DNA from: a virus
Direction: 5' to 3' (one strand)
DNA: 64,000 nucleotides
Virus record (IMG/VR): IMGVR_UViG_3300045988_079296
Coordinates: 34,613 to 98,612 of that record
Shown here: one piece after another, positions 50,538 through 58,975 of the stretch
How positions within the stretch are numbered: the stretch's first letter is position 1
How the letters are laid out: each line of letters starts with the position of its first letter
Notes under the pieces: model-generated
Database searches by the model: none
Told to the model about the DNA's origin: nothing
What the model saw: only the letters and a program-made list of their open reading frames with translations
Position numbers and translations under genes: made by a program

Positions 50538-53500
50538 ATTATATAAATTTTTGTTCTTTCGTCTGAATAAAGAACCTTTTGATTTTTGAACTTATCCTTC
50601 TTGACCCGTCCGCAAATTGCCACTACTCGGTTTTTATACTCCGATATATTTTCAGGAAGTCTATCCACCGCATCTGGCCAAAGTGTAACAGGTATGATGG
50701 TATTATTACAGTCTATATTAACGCTGACCATCGTTCCGTTCTTAATTTGACGCTCTTGGTAGTAGATTAACTTGCCTGCTATTGTGGCTTCTCTGCCCTC
50801 CTTAGTGTTCGCAAATTCAAAGTCATTAACGTATAACTTTGCCACTCTCTTATTTGGAATAGCATCCCTAATCATTGTTTCATAATCTACCTCTCCAAAC
50901 CCAGTAAGACGTTTCTGTTCAAATACCCAAAATGAGTTTTTGTTAGCTTCTTCGGTCTGATACTCCTTAGCAATATCCGCTTTCTTATACTCGGCAAACC
51001 ATTGCAACAACTTTTTCCTATCTCTTGGGTTTTTCAAGTTTTCTACAATGTCGAAAGCTCCAGCAACAATCAGACGTTCTATGACTTTCTTGTTTACTTT
51101 GGACGGAACTCTTTCCACGAACTCTTCAAGAGAAAAGAACTTGCCCCCCTTCTCCCGTTCTTCGATAATATACGGCACAACTTTCTCTCCAACGTCCTTA
51201 ATCTTTGTTAAGCTAAAGAAGATGCGTTGTTCCTTCGGGTCACAAGTAAAGGTTTGAGCTGAGAAGTTCACATCAGGCGGTCTTATCTCAATTTCCGCTC
51301 CCGTCTTTTTAAGCTCTGCAAGTCGGTATGGCACTTCACCTTCTTTAGAGAATTGCAGAGCTGTTGTCCAAAATTCCAACGGGTAGTTTACTTTCATATA
51401 TTGACTCCAATACGACATTATGGAATATGCCGCAGCATGAGACTTATTAAAACCATAACCAGAGAAGGCAAGAAGTTTAGCCCAAACTTTCTCGGCATAC
51501 TCGTCTGGCTTCTCAATCTTGTTTTTCCTTAATAGCTCGCTGTAACCTTTCTTGAATTTCTCTCCGTAGGATGATAGTGTTTTAACATCCTTCTTTTTTA
51601 TGGTAGTTCGGAGAATATCTGATTCAACCTCCGTCAATCCTCCTACCACAACGCCCTTCATGATTTGCTCTTGATAGACGTATAATCCAAAAGTTTCTGC
51701 CGTTATCTCTTCCATACCGAAGTCGTATGTTGGTTTCTTCTTTCCGTTCTTAATATCGGCAAAATCAGAGTGAGCGTTGAGCTCCATTGGGCCAGGTCGG
51801 AATAGAGCGGTCATGGCTATGAGTTGAGCCAACGTATCGGGTTTCACTTGTCTTGAGTAGTTCATAAGTCCTTGCGTACCGAACTGAAAGACATCTTCAT
51901 TCCAACCTCTCTTAAAGTATTTGAATGTTTCCTCGTCATCAAGCGGAATAGCGTTCCAATCAATCTTCTTTCCGTAATTCTTTTGGATTAATACTTCCAT
52001 GTTCTTGAACTTATCTAATTGGTTTAATCCCAATATATCCTCTTTCAAGAAGCCAGACTTGTCTATGTATTTACCTTCCCACTCCGACACTAAGACACCG
52101 TCAATCATCTTAACGGGCATCCATTCCCATATATCAATCGGTCTATTCGTACCGTCCACAGTATGTTTCGGAACTATGATTGCGGCTGAAGGGTGAACGG
52201 ATGCCGCCTTGCATTGCAACATGCCATACTTCGTTAGATGTACAATATCGGGGTTTTCTTGAACGAACTTAAACAACGCTTTCGATTTACTGGCATACTC
52301 AAGCAAGTCGCCCCAAGTGTATTCAATTTGGTCGTCAATATCCTTCGTTAGTTTATTCATGGTATCAAATGGAATACCCTTGACTTTCCCGAAGTCCTTC
52401 AAACAAGTCTTCAATTTCATTCGGGTGTACGTTCCGATACTGCATGTATAATCATAACCATATTTTTCCTTGATATAATTCTTAACCGCATCACGGTGTT
52501 CGGTTGGAAAGTCAACGTCAATATCGGGCATACTATCCGCTGATTTGGCTCGCTCTCCCGATACACGTGTCTCATTCAAGAAACGTTCAAACATTAATCC
52601 GTACTTCAACGGGTCAACATCCGTAATATGTAAGCAATAAGCTACAAGACTACCGCAAACCGAACCACGCCCAGTACCAACCATTATACCTCGTTTCTTA
52701 CACCAATTGATTATATCCCAAAGTATCATAAAGTAGTCCACAAGGTCGTTGGGAACAATTACGTTACATTCGATTTCCAAACGTTTCATGTATATCGCCA
52801 ATTCTTTCTTGGGAAGATGCCCCAACCTTTCGTTTGCCCCCTTCTCTACCATATCAAAGAATAACCCAACGGCATCATCTACCTCAAACGCAGGTAGTTT
52901 CTTTTCTCCGCTCGGTATCTTGAAGTCAACCTTATCAACTAACAAGGTTGCATTCTCAATGCCTTCTACGATAGTTTGGAATAACGGCTCAACCTCTTCC
53001 AACCAATCGGAATATTCCTCAAAGGTTTCTCCACAAGTCTTGAAGTATTGGTTTATAGCTTCGGGTGCGGCTTTTCCTAACACTTTGTTGATAACGCCTT
53101 TCAACTCGTGCATTTCTCGGTCAAGATAATAGGAGTCATTTATCAATATCGGCTTCAATAGCTTCTTATAGTTACAAATATATGTATCTATGTTTTCCAA
53201 GTGCTTCTTGAAGAGATTATCAGAGACGAACTCAACGGTGTCCACCTGATAATAAACTCTTGTAAAATGCTTCTTATACTTTGCTATGAGCTTGATAGTT
53301 TCCTTCTTATCGTCTTTAATGTAGTTGAACTCTGACTCCTTCGGGATAACGCAAACCAAACCTTTCCCAAGTTCCAACAATTCGCTCTCTGGGATGAAAC
53401 CATTATACGTTACATTAACAGCCTTATTTATCAACAAAAGGTTTTTCCAACCTTCGTAATTCAGTATGTAAAACTTTAATTCAAACGTTTCTTGGTTTTG

Positions 53501-54070
53501 TTTATCTTTTGAATAGTCCTTCGCTACCGTTATTGTTTCACCGATAACGGACTTCACGCCATACTTATCGCAGAAGGTCTGAAAGGATAACGCTCCAGCC
53601 AACGTATTTCGGTCACATATCCCCAACGCCTTAACTCCAACAAACTTTGCTTTCTTTGCCCATGTATCGCAACCTCCCGAACCATTCAATATTTCATATT
53701 CGGTATGTACACCAAGATGTGCAAAGTCCATTATGTACTCTTCGCTAATTTTACCAAGATACTTGAAGTCCAAGAATTGTGGCTTGAAGATAATTTCGTT
53801 GTATCGGTTTTTATCCTTCTTTATTCCCGAATAATAGAACTTGCTTCCAAATTCAAAGAGGATGTATTTGACTTTCCCCTCGTCCAGCATATCAAATTCT
53901 TCATCTGAAAGGATAAACCCAAAGTCCTCGTCAATTATTTTACCATCAAAAGGATGAAGATACAAAAAGTCTCCAACCTCTTCGATAGAGATAATATCAG
54001 AGCCGTCCAACGTTGACTCTGATATTACCATGTGATTATCTTCTATCCACTTTTGTAGATTTTCCGTCAT
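50531..54070 (-). CDS. dnaE: DNA polymerase III alpha subunit (DnaE-type, PHP domain)
   Basis: 1179 aa. PHP motifs HLGVHTEYEILNG and GICDRNTLAGA; palm GTGRGSVCGSLVAYCLHITDVDPLKYGLMFERFLN, MPDIDVDF, HPSAAII, FNKSHAAAYS. Confidence 0.95.
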   Translation of the reverse strand: MTENLQKWIEDNHMVISESTLDGSDIISIEEVGDFLYLHPFDGKIIDEDFGFILSDEEFDMLDEGKVKYILFEFGSKFYYSGIKKDKNRYNEIIFKPQFLDFKYLGKISEEYIMDFAHLGVHTEYEILNGSGGCDTWAKKAKFVGVKALGICDRNTLAGALSFQTFCDKYGVKSVIGETITVAKDYSKDKQNQETFELKFYILNYEGWKNLLLINKAVNVTYNGFIPESELLELGKGLVCVIPKESEFNYIKDDKKETIKLIAKYKKHFTRVYYQVDTVEFVSDNLFKKHLENIDTYICNYKKLLKPILINDSYYLDREMHELKGVINKVLGKAAPEAINQYFKTCGETFEEYSDWLEEVEPLFQTIVEGIENATLLVDKVDFKIPSGEKKLPAFEVDDAVGLFFDMVEKGANERLGHLPKKELAIYMKRLEIECNVIVPNDLVDYFMILWDIINWCKKRGIMVGTGRGSVCGSLVAYCLHITDVDPLKYGLMFERFLNETRVSGERAKSADSMPDIDVDFPTEHRDAVKNYIKEKYGYDYTCSIGTYTRMKLKTCLKDFGKVKGIPFDTMNKLTKDIDDQIEYTWGDLLEYASKSKALFKFVQENPDIVHLTKYGMLQCKAASVHPSAAIIVPKHTVDGTNRPIDIWEWMPVKMIDGVLVSEWEGKYIDKSGFLKEDILGLNQLDKFKNMEVLIQKNYGKKIDWNAIPLDDEETFKYFKRGWNEDVFQFGTQGLMNYSRQVKPDTLAQLIAMTALFRPGPMELNAHSDFADIKNGKKKPTYDFGMEEITAETFGLYVYQEQIMKGVVVGGLTEVESDILRTTIKKKDVKTLSSYGEKFKKGYSELLRKNKIEKPDEYAEKVWAKLLAFSGYGFNKSHAAAYSIMSYWSQYMKVNYPLEFWTTALQFSKEGEVPYRLAELKKTGAEIEIRPPDVNFSAQTFTCDPKEQRIFFSLTKIKDVGEKVVPYIIEEREKGGKFFSLEEFVERVPSKVNKKVIERLIVAGAFDIVENLKNPRDRKKLLQWFAEYKKADIAKEYQTEEANKNSFWVFEQKRLTGFGEVDYETMIRDAIPNKRVAKLYVNDFEFANTKEGREATIAGKLIYYQERQIKNGTMVSVNIDCNNTIIPVTLWPDAVDRLPENISEYKNRVVAICGRVKKDKFKNQKVLYSDERTKIYIIS

Positions 54071-55266
54071 AGCTTACCAAGATATTTATGCTTCATTGGT
54101 TTACTTAACCTTGCTGCAAAGAAGTTCTTTGCTAATATCGACATATCCCAACCGTCCGCACCTTCGGCTTCCAACAACTCAATCTCGGCAATAGCGGTCT
54201 TTCTTATCGCATCCTTTTCAAGAGCCGTTTTTGCAAGCGTCATTTTCTGCTTGTAGAGCACGTATATCTTCAAGAGCTGATAAACGTTATAAAAGTAAGT
54301 TGAAAACTCTTGTAGCTGCTTAATTTCATCTTGTACGTCAGTCTCTCCGTTCTTTACCCTCATAAGGTTTTCGATAACGATATTCAAGTGAGCATCTACC
54401 TCTCTGAGACGGTTGACCGCTACTTCGTGAGAGAACGCAAAGTCCATCGGTCTTGCTTCGGCTTCGGTTGCCTCATAGAGCGAATGACCCATGCCTTGTT
54501 GTTGGTATATCTCGTCCATCTTTTGAGCCGTACCATTCCAATCATAAATATGTAAGCTCTGGGAGTTGTGAGTTTGCGTTCCTAACTCAATACCTAAACA
54601 ACGGCACATTATCTCGGTAAGGAAGGAGAATTGGAATATGTTCGTAGGCAATCCCCAATGAAGGTCGTTACTTCGGTTTGCGATAGTAGTTATCAATTTG
54701 CCCTTCCGAACTTTCAACTTTATGAGGTCATTGCACGGTATATCCTTACTTTTTGCCCCAAGGTCAAAACTTGGATTCCAAATCGCCATTACAACTTGTC
54801 TGGTATTCATATTCTCGGATAACAAACGAACCGCATCTGCTACTTGGTCATATCCTTGAGCTGCCGTTACTCCGTTCTCATATTTATCCTCCGTCCGAAT
54901 ACCCCAGTGGCGAAGTCTGAACCCGTAAGGAGCGTGGAATGTTTTGCCATCATCAGAAAAGTCTTTCATTCGTGCGTTGAAGATTTCCAAAAATTCCAAA
55001 TCTTTTCTTCCTACGGCTATCCACATAGCTTCGGCAAGAAGGAAGAAGATGTTTATATCTCTTCCATAACCGCCAACACACCTCGCAATGGGATTGGTGA
55101 TAATAGTTTTGATGTCTAATAATTCTTTAGCATCCCCAGCACGGCTCTCTTCGCTTTCTTGGTTGTTCAAGATGTAGTTATTAATCACTGGATAGAGTGC
55201 TCCAAATTCCTCCACTTTTGCTACTCCGTAGTCAGGCAGGAAACAATTTGTCTTTGGTAGTCCCAT
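54067..55266 (-). CDS. divergent thymidylate-synthase-fold enzyme (dUMP hydroxymethylase candidate) with about 130-aa C-terminal extension
   Basis: ThyA-fold blocks YGFRLRHWG, YDQVADAVRLL, RQVVMAIWNPSFDL...DIPCNDL (catalytic Cys), NRSNDLHWGLPTNIFQFSFL, SLHIY. Asn in PTN suggests uracil rather than cytosine specificity. ATGA overlap with dnaE. Confidence 0.75.
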   Translation of the reverse strand: MGLPKTNCFLPDYGVAKVEEFGALYPVINNYILNNQESEESRAGDAKELLDIKTIITNPIARCVGGYGRDINIFFLLAEAMWIAVGRKDLEFLEIFNARMKDFSDDGKTFHAPYGFRLRHWGIRTEDKYENGVTAAQGYDQVADAVRLLSENMNTRQVVMAIWNPSFDLGAKSKDIPCNDLIKLKVRKGKLITTIANRSNDLHWGLPTNIFQFSFLTEIMCRCLGIELGTQTHNSQSLHIYDWNGTAQKMDEIYQQQGMGHSLYEATEAEARPMDFAFSHEVAVNRLREVDAHLNIVIENLMRVKNGETDVQDEIKQLQEFSTYFYNVYQLLKIYVLYKQKMTLAKTALEKDAIRKTAIAEIELLEAEGADGWDMSILAKNFFAARLSKPMKHKYLGKL

Positions 55267-55337
55267 GTCAACACTTAATTTTATTGTTATTAATTCAATT
55301 TATCTCTCTTCGTTATCTCTATAACTTTGTAACGGTG

Positions 55338-55377
55338 GAGAAAAGAAAAAGGAGATACTTTTCAGCACCTCCCTTTT
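55338..55377 (-). terminator. terminator after 55399-56715
   Basis: Minus-strand AAAAGGGAG-loop-CTCCTTTTT (9 bp, one G-U; plus 55346-55354 and 55369-55377). Followed by CTTTTCTCC. Confidence 0.5.
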
Positions 55378-55398
55378 CAACGGGTTTTTTGAGACAGC

Positions 55399-56715
55399 TT
55401 ATTTCTTTTTAACTGTTTTCTTTGCGGCAGGTTTTGCGGCTTTGGCAGATTTCTTCGGAGCAGGTTTTTCATCCTCGTCCTCCTCTTCTTCCTCTTCAGG
55501 CTCTTCTACTTTCTTGCCTTTCTTAGCAGGTTTCGCCTTTGCTTTCGGCTTTTCCTCTTCGTCCTCATCTTCTTCCTCTTCTTCGGCTTCCTCCTGCTTA
55601 GCAGACTTCTTTCCAGCTTTGTTGTCTTTCTTCAAGCCTTCTTCCATTTTCTTGCGGTTGTCGCCCAATTTCTTGTCGATACCTCCAACCAACTTGTCCA
55701 TGTCTTCCTTAACGGCTTTGATGATTTCAATTGCTTCGCTGGTTTCGATAGCCTTGATGACTGGAGCACCGTTCCAACATTTTTCAAATTCCACTTCGGC
55801 TTTTTCAAGAACTTCGTACTTGTTGTTCAAGATGAGAAGGAACAGATTGCAGGTCATTACCTGATTTTTGCCTTCGCCCTTCAACGTACAATTCTCAAGA
55901 CTGATAACCGAACGGTTGGAATTTTTACCTTTATGTTTGATAGTCAAACCAGCGGCAATCCATGCGTAGATATAATCCTTTTCGGGGAACAACTTCTTCA
56001 AGAAGTCAAAATGTTCTCTGTCCTCTTCGTTGTTCTTCGGGTCAAGTTTTGTACCTCTCTTGGAAGGAGCTTTGGCAGCTTTCTTCTCTTCCTTCTTCGG
56101 CTCAGCTTTCTTTCCAGACTTCGGAGCTTCTTTGGTTTCGGTTTTACCCTTGGCGGCAGCGGCTTTCTTCGGAGCAGGTTTTTCTTCCTCTTCTTCGGCT
56201 TCTTCCTCATCGCCCATAGCTTCACGAATTTTCTCACGGATGTCGTCATCTGACCAAGACTTCTTCACGGAGATTTCCAGCTCATTTTCCTTGATAAAGG
56301 TTTTCAGCTCGCTTCTGTCCATTGAATCAAGCTCATCGCCTTCTTCCTCGTTTTCCTCTTCATCGTCCTCATCTTCTTCCTCTTCTTCGGGTTCAGGCTC
56401 AGGCTCAGGTTGCTTTTTGGAAGCAGCTTTCTTACCAGTAGCCTTCTTGGCAGGTTTTTCTTCTTCCTCTTCAACCTCTTCAGCTAAAGCGTCATTTTCT
56501 TCTTCCTCGCTACCTTCGTTGTCGTCATCGTCACCTGCTTCGACAAATGATTCAGCAATTTCTACCAGAGTAGTGATGTCCTCATCGTCCATCTGTTCAA
56601 TACCATTCTCTTCCAGAATTTCCAGCAATTTTGGTCTTGCTGCTTCGTCTGTTGTTGCGTTAATGCCTAATGCCTTAACTCTCTTTGCCACATTGGCGGT
56701 CAATTTTGTTGCCAT
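55399..56715 (-). CDS. polyampholyte protein with HeH/Rho-N-like module (paralogous module to the SSB tail)
   Basis: 438 aa with E/D-rich and K/A-rich tracts. DRSELKTFIKENELEISVKKSWSDDDIREKIREAM is near-identical to the module in 47676-49037. Central globular segment of about 130 aa. Confidence 0.65.
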   Translation of the reverse strand: MATKLTANVAKRVKALGINATTDEAARPKLLEILEENGIEQMDDEDITTLVEIAESFVEAGDDDDNEGSEEEENDALAEEVEEEEEKPAKKATGKKAASKKQPEPEPEPEEEEEDEDDEEENEEEGDELDSMDRSELKTFIKENELEISVKKSWSDDDIREKIREAMGDEEEAEEEEEKPAPKKAAAAKGKTETKEAPKSGKKAEPKKEEKKAAKAPSKRGTKLDPKNNEEDREHFDFLKKLFPEKDYIYAWIAAGLTIKHKGKNSNRSVISLENCTLKGEGKNQVMTCNLFLLILNNKYEVLEKAEVEFEKCWNGAPVIKAIETSEAIEIIKAVKEDMDKLVGGIDKKLGDNRKKMEEGLKKDNKAGKKSAKQEEAEEEEEDEDEEEKPKAKAKPAKKGKKVEEPEEEEEEDEDEKPAPKKSAKAAKPAAKKTVKKK

Positions 56716-56757
56716 CTTTTTTACGATTTTAATTGTTTATAACTAATATTTGTCTAA

Positions 56758-57408
56758 TTATTCCTCATCAAGACTGTACGTTGCGAACGTTCTCCGTAGC
56801 TGTTGCAATTCGTTTCCGTATTTCTTGATTAAGAAGTTACATTGCATTTCTATTATATCTGCTACTCCAAACGGCTCGTCACCACTGTCCAAGATTTCTT
56901 TTCTTTGCGCCTTCTCTTTGGCGTTGTTAAAGTAAACTTTGGTAAGAATTTTATTGCTATGTCCACGGAGATAAAGACTGAATATTGCTCGTTCTTTTCC
57001 CGTTAAACCTTCCAATAAGTCAATCCCGTTAATAACGAACTTGTTAAGCTCTGGAACTACCTCGTTATCATCTTCCACGCCAAAGTCGTAATTAATCTCA
57101 TCAATCCGTACTTTGTAATTCTCTCTTGAAATGTACTTCATGAAGTCTCGCATCTTATTAGCGCATGCTGCTTCTAAGTAATATTTCAAAGGAACTGGCT
57201 TGGCATAACCTTCTTTCCGATATTTCAACCAACGCTTACCGTAGCTCTTTATTGACGTGAATATCTTTATTCGGAACTCTTGTACCAAATCATCGAACTC
57301 GTAAGAAAGTTGTTCGTATGAATAGATACGGCTTGCGTAACGTTTGGCAAGATATTCATATCTATGGTACAAAATTTCAGAAATTTTTTGTTTATTATCC
57401 ATCGCCAT
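56758..57408 (-). CDS. divergent sigma-70-like factor (early)
   Basis: Region-2-like DDLVQEFRIKIFTSIKSY...PLKYYLEAACANKMRDFMKY and region-4-like LTGKERAIFSLYLRGHSNKILTKVY. Host-type promoter P5 lies 28 nt upstream. Confidence 0.55.
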   Translation of the reverse strand: MAMDNKQKISEILYHRYEYLAKRYASRIYSYEQLSYEFDDLVQEFRIKIFTSIKSYGKRWLKYRKEGYAKPVPLKYYLEAACANKMRDFMKYISRENYKVRIDEINYDFGVEDDNEVVPELNKFVINGIDLLEGLTGKERAIFSLYLRGHSNKILTKVYFNNAKEKAQRKEILDSGDEPFGVADIIEMQCNFLIKKYGNELQQLRRTFATYSLDEE

Positions 57409-57411
57409 TTA

Positions 57412-57429
57412 CAATTTGATTTACGATTT
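57412..57429 (-). promoter_or_regulatory. conserved leader motif, variant (copy 6)
   Basis: Minus strand AAATCGTAAATCAAATTG followed by TAA then ATG 57408. Lies between the P5 -7 box and the start codon. Confidence 0.45.
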
Positions 57430-57433
57430 ATAG

Positions 57434-57468
57434 TACAAAGGTAAGGACTATTTTCCAAACGGCAAAAT
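57434..57468 (-). promoter_or_regulatory. Bacteroidota sigma-A-type promoter P5 for the sigma-like gene 56758-57408
   Basis: Minus strand reads TTTGCCGTTTGGAAAATAGTCCTTACCTTTGTA. The -7 box is at 57443-57436 and the -33 TTTG at 57466-57463. Confidence 0.75.
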
Positions 57469-57473
57469 ATTTT

Positions 57474-57537
57474 TATAAAAAAGTTGATTTTACCCAAAGA
57501 TTTAACTTTTGTTAAGTTTTCCTCAGGTAAAACCAAC
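57474..57537 (-). terminator. long hairpin/terminator after 57564-58004
   Basis: 12-bp arms gttgattttacc (57483-57494) and ggtaaaaccaac (57526-57537), with one mismatch/G-U. Followed by TTTTTTAT on the minus strand, directly upstream of P5. Confidence 0.5.
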
Positions 57538-57563
57538 TCTAAATTGGGTTTTCGTGGCGTTCC

Positions 57564-58004
57564 TTACAATATCCTGCAAACCTCGTCTTGGGTTGCTTCT
57601 TCGTACCTTTCATGCTTAATATTATATAACGTCAATTTGCCATCCTCCGATACTTGGTCAAGCAACCAAATCTCTCCTTTAAAAGAGAACTCATTGCCGA
57701 CTGCGTAATAATTCAAGCGGTCATTCTCGTCCAATTCAAATCTCGGCTTCCCTATTATGGTGAACAATTCGTCTTGGACTTGCTTTAATGTAACGTTGTC
57801 ATTAAAGATACTATTCAAACGGTTTCTTTTTGCTATACTTTCAATCTTTTCCTTTTTATAACCCATTACCCTTTTATAATAGGCTTTGTCCTTCGGGTTG
57901 AAGTATATCTTCCTCCGAAAGTCAGCAAGCAAATACTCCTTCTGCAACTGCAAGAAGTATTCAGCAACCGATAAATTTCTTGTCTTATTCCTCTCCATTG
58001 TCAT
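57564..58004 (-). CDS. hypothetical protein (146 aa)
   Basis: ATG-initiated, ATGA overlap with the primase stop, terminator-like hairpin downstream. Confidence 0.6.
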   Translation of the reverse strand: MTMERNKTRNLSVAEYFLQLQKEYLLADFRRKIYFNPKDKAYYKRVMGYKKEKIESIAKRNRLNSIFNDNVTLKQVQDELFTIIGKPRFELDENDRLNYYAVGNEFSFKGEIWLLDQVSEDGKLTLYNIKHERYEEATQDEVCRIL

Positions 58005-58975
58005 TTCAATTTTCCTATCACATCCAAATTAAACTCTCTCGGCTGTTTAAGGTTATTGAAAACCTCCAAAGCCTCATCCGTTGTACATTCGTCAATATCT
58101 TTTTTCATTGTATAAGTAATACTTGTATTGAAATATTCCTCCAACTCCAAACCATATTTTTTAATATCTTTGAGAGCGTCAAAGTCATATAACAAAACAA
58201 CATTCTCTACACCCCTCATGATAAGTTTCCTGCGTTGTTCCTCGCTTATCTTCTTACCGAACGTACAAACGCATTTTATTTCGTCAATATCCCAAAGCTG
58301 GAGAACCTTGTCAACCGCTATCTTGTCAAATATACCTTCTACCAATATAACGGTTTCCGTCTTATCTTTTATTATTTCGTCATACCCAAATAACAATTGA
58401 CCGAACTCCGTATTGGAACTATTATTATATCGGAGCTTATCTGATGGAACTCGTTTTGCTCCGTAACGTCCCAAGAACCCTCTCACCTCTCCATTATCGT
58501 ATATTGGGATGATAACATAATTCTTGTATTTACGGTACAAATCAGTAGCTCCGATATTATAACGCTTGCAATCTTCGGGTGTAATGCCTCTATCCAATAA
58601 ATACGGTGTGCTTTTAGCACTTATCTTCCACCCCACAGGTAACTTCTTCACGGGAAGAAGTTCCAATGCTTCTTCGTGCTCTTCCATTTCCTCTTCAAGT
58701 AACAACTTAATGCTCTTGATTTGCTCTCTATCTTCTACCGTAGCACCGCCAAGAAGGTAGGTTTTATTTAATTGTTTGAGAAGTTTGTAGATACTCCCGT
58801 ACTCACCGCACTTCTTACAATCCCAAAGTTGAGTTTCCTTAGATATATAGAAGTGTTGAGCCTTACCGCAGAAAGGACAATCGCAAATGTATTGCCCCCT
58901 TCGGTTTAAGGTTGGATTGATAAGAAGGTCTTTCAAATCCGCATCATCAATCTTCCTCGTTCTCTTCTTTTTCAT
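58001..58975 (-). CDS. dnaG: DnaG-type DNA primase (zinc finger + TOPRIM)
   Basis: Zinc finger CDCPFCGKAQHF...CKKCGE. TOPRIM VILVEGIFDKIAV and VVLLYDFDA. Confidence 0.8.
   Translation of the reverse strand: MKKKRTRKIDDADLKDLLINPTLNRRGQYICDCPFCGKAQHFYISKETQLWDCKKCGEYGSIYKLLKQLNKTYLLGGATVEDREQIKSIKLLLEEEMEEHEEALELLPVKKLPVGWKISAKSTPYLLDRGITPEDCKRYNIGATDLYRKYKNYVIIPIYDNGEVRGFLGRYGAKRVPSDKLRYNNSSNTEFGQLLFGYDEIIKDKTETVILVEGIFDKIAVDKVLQLWDIDEIKCVCTFGKKISEEQRRKLIMRGVENVVLLYDFDALKDIKKYGLELEEYFNTSITYTMKKDIDECTTDEALEVFNNLKQPREFNLDVIGKLK

Noticed and set aside
56030-56746. 238-aa Ser/Phe-rich plus-strand ORF, with 55442-55864 and 55933-56253
   Set aside because: Antisense shadow of the poly-E/K gene 55399-56715, with the same low-complexity artefact.
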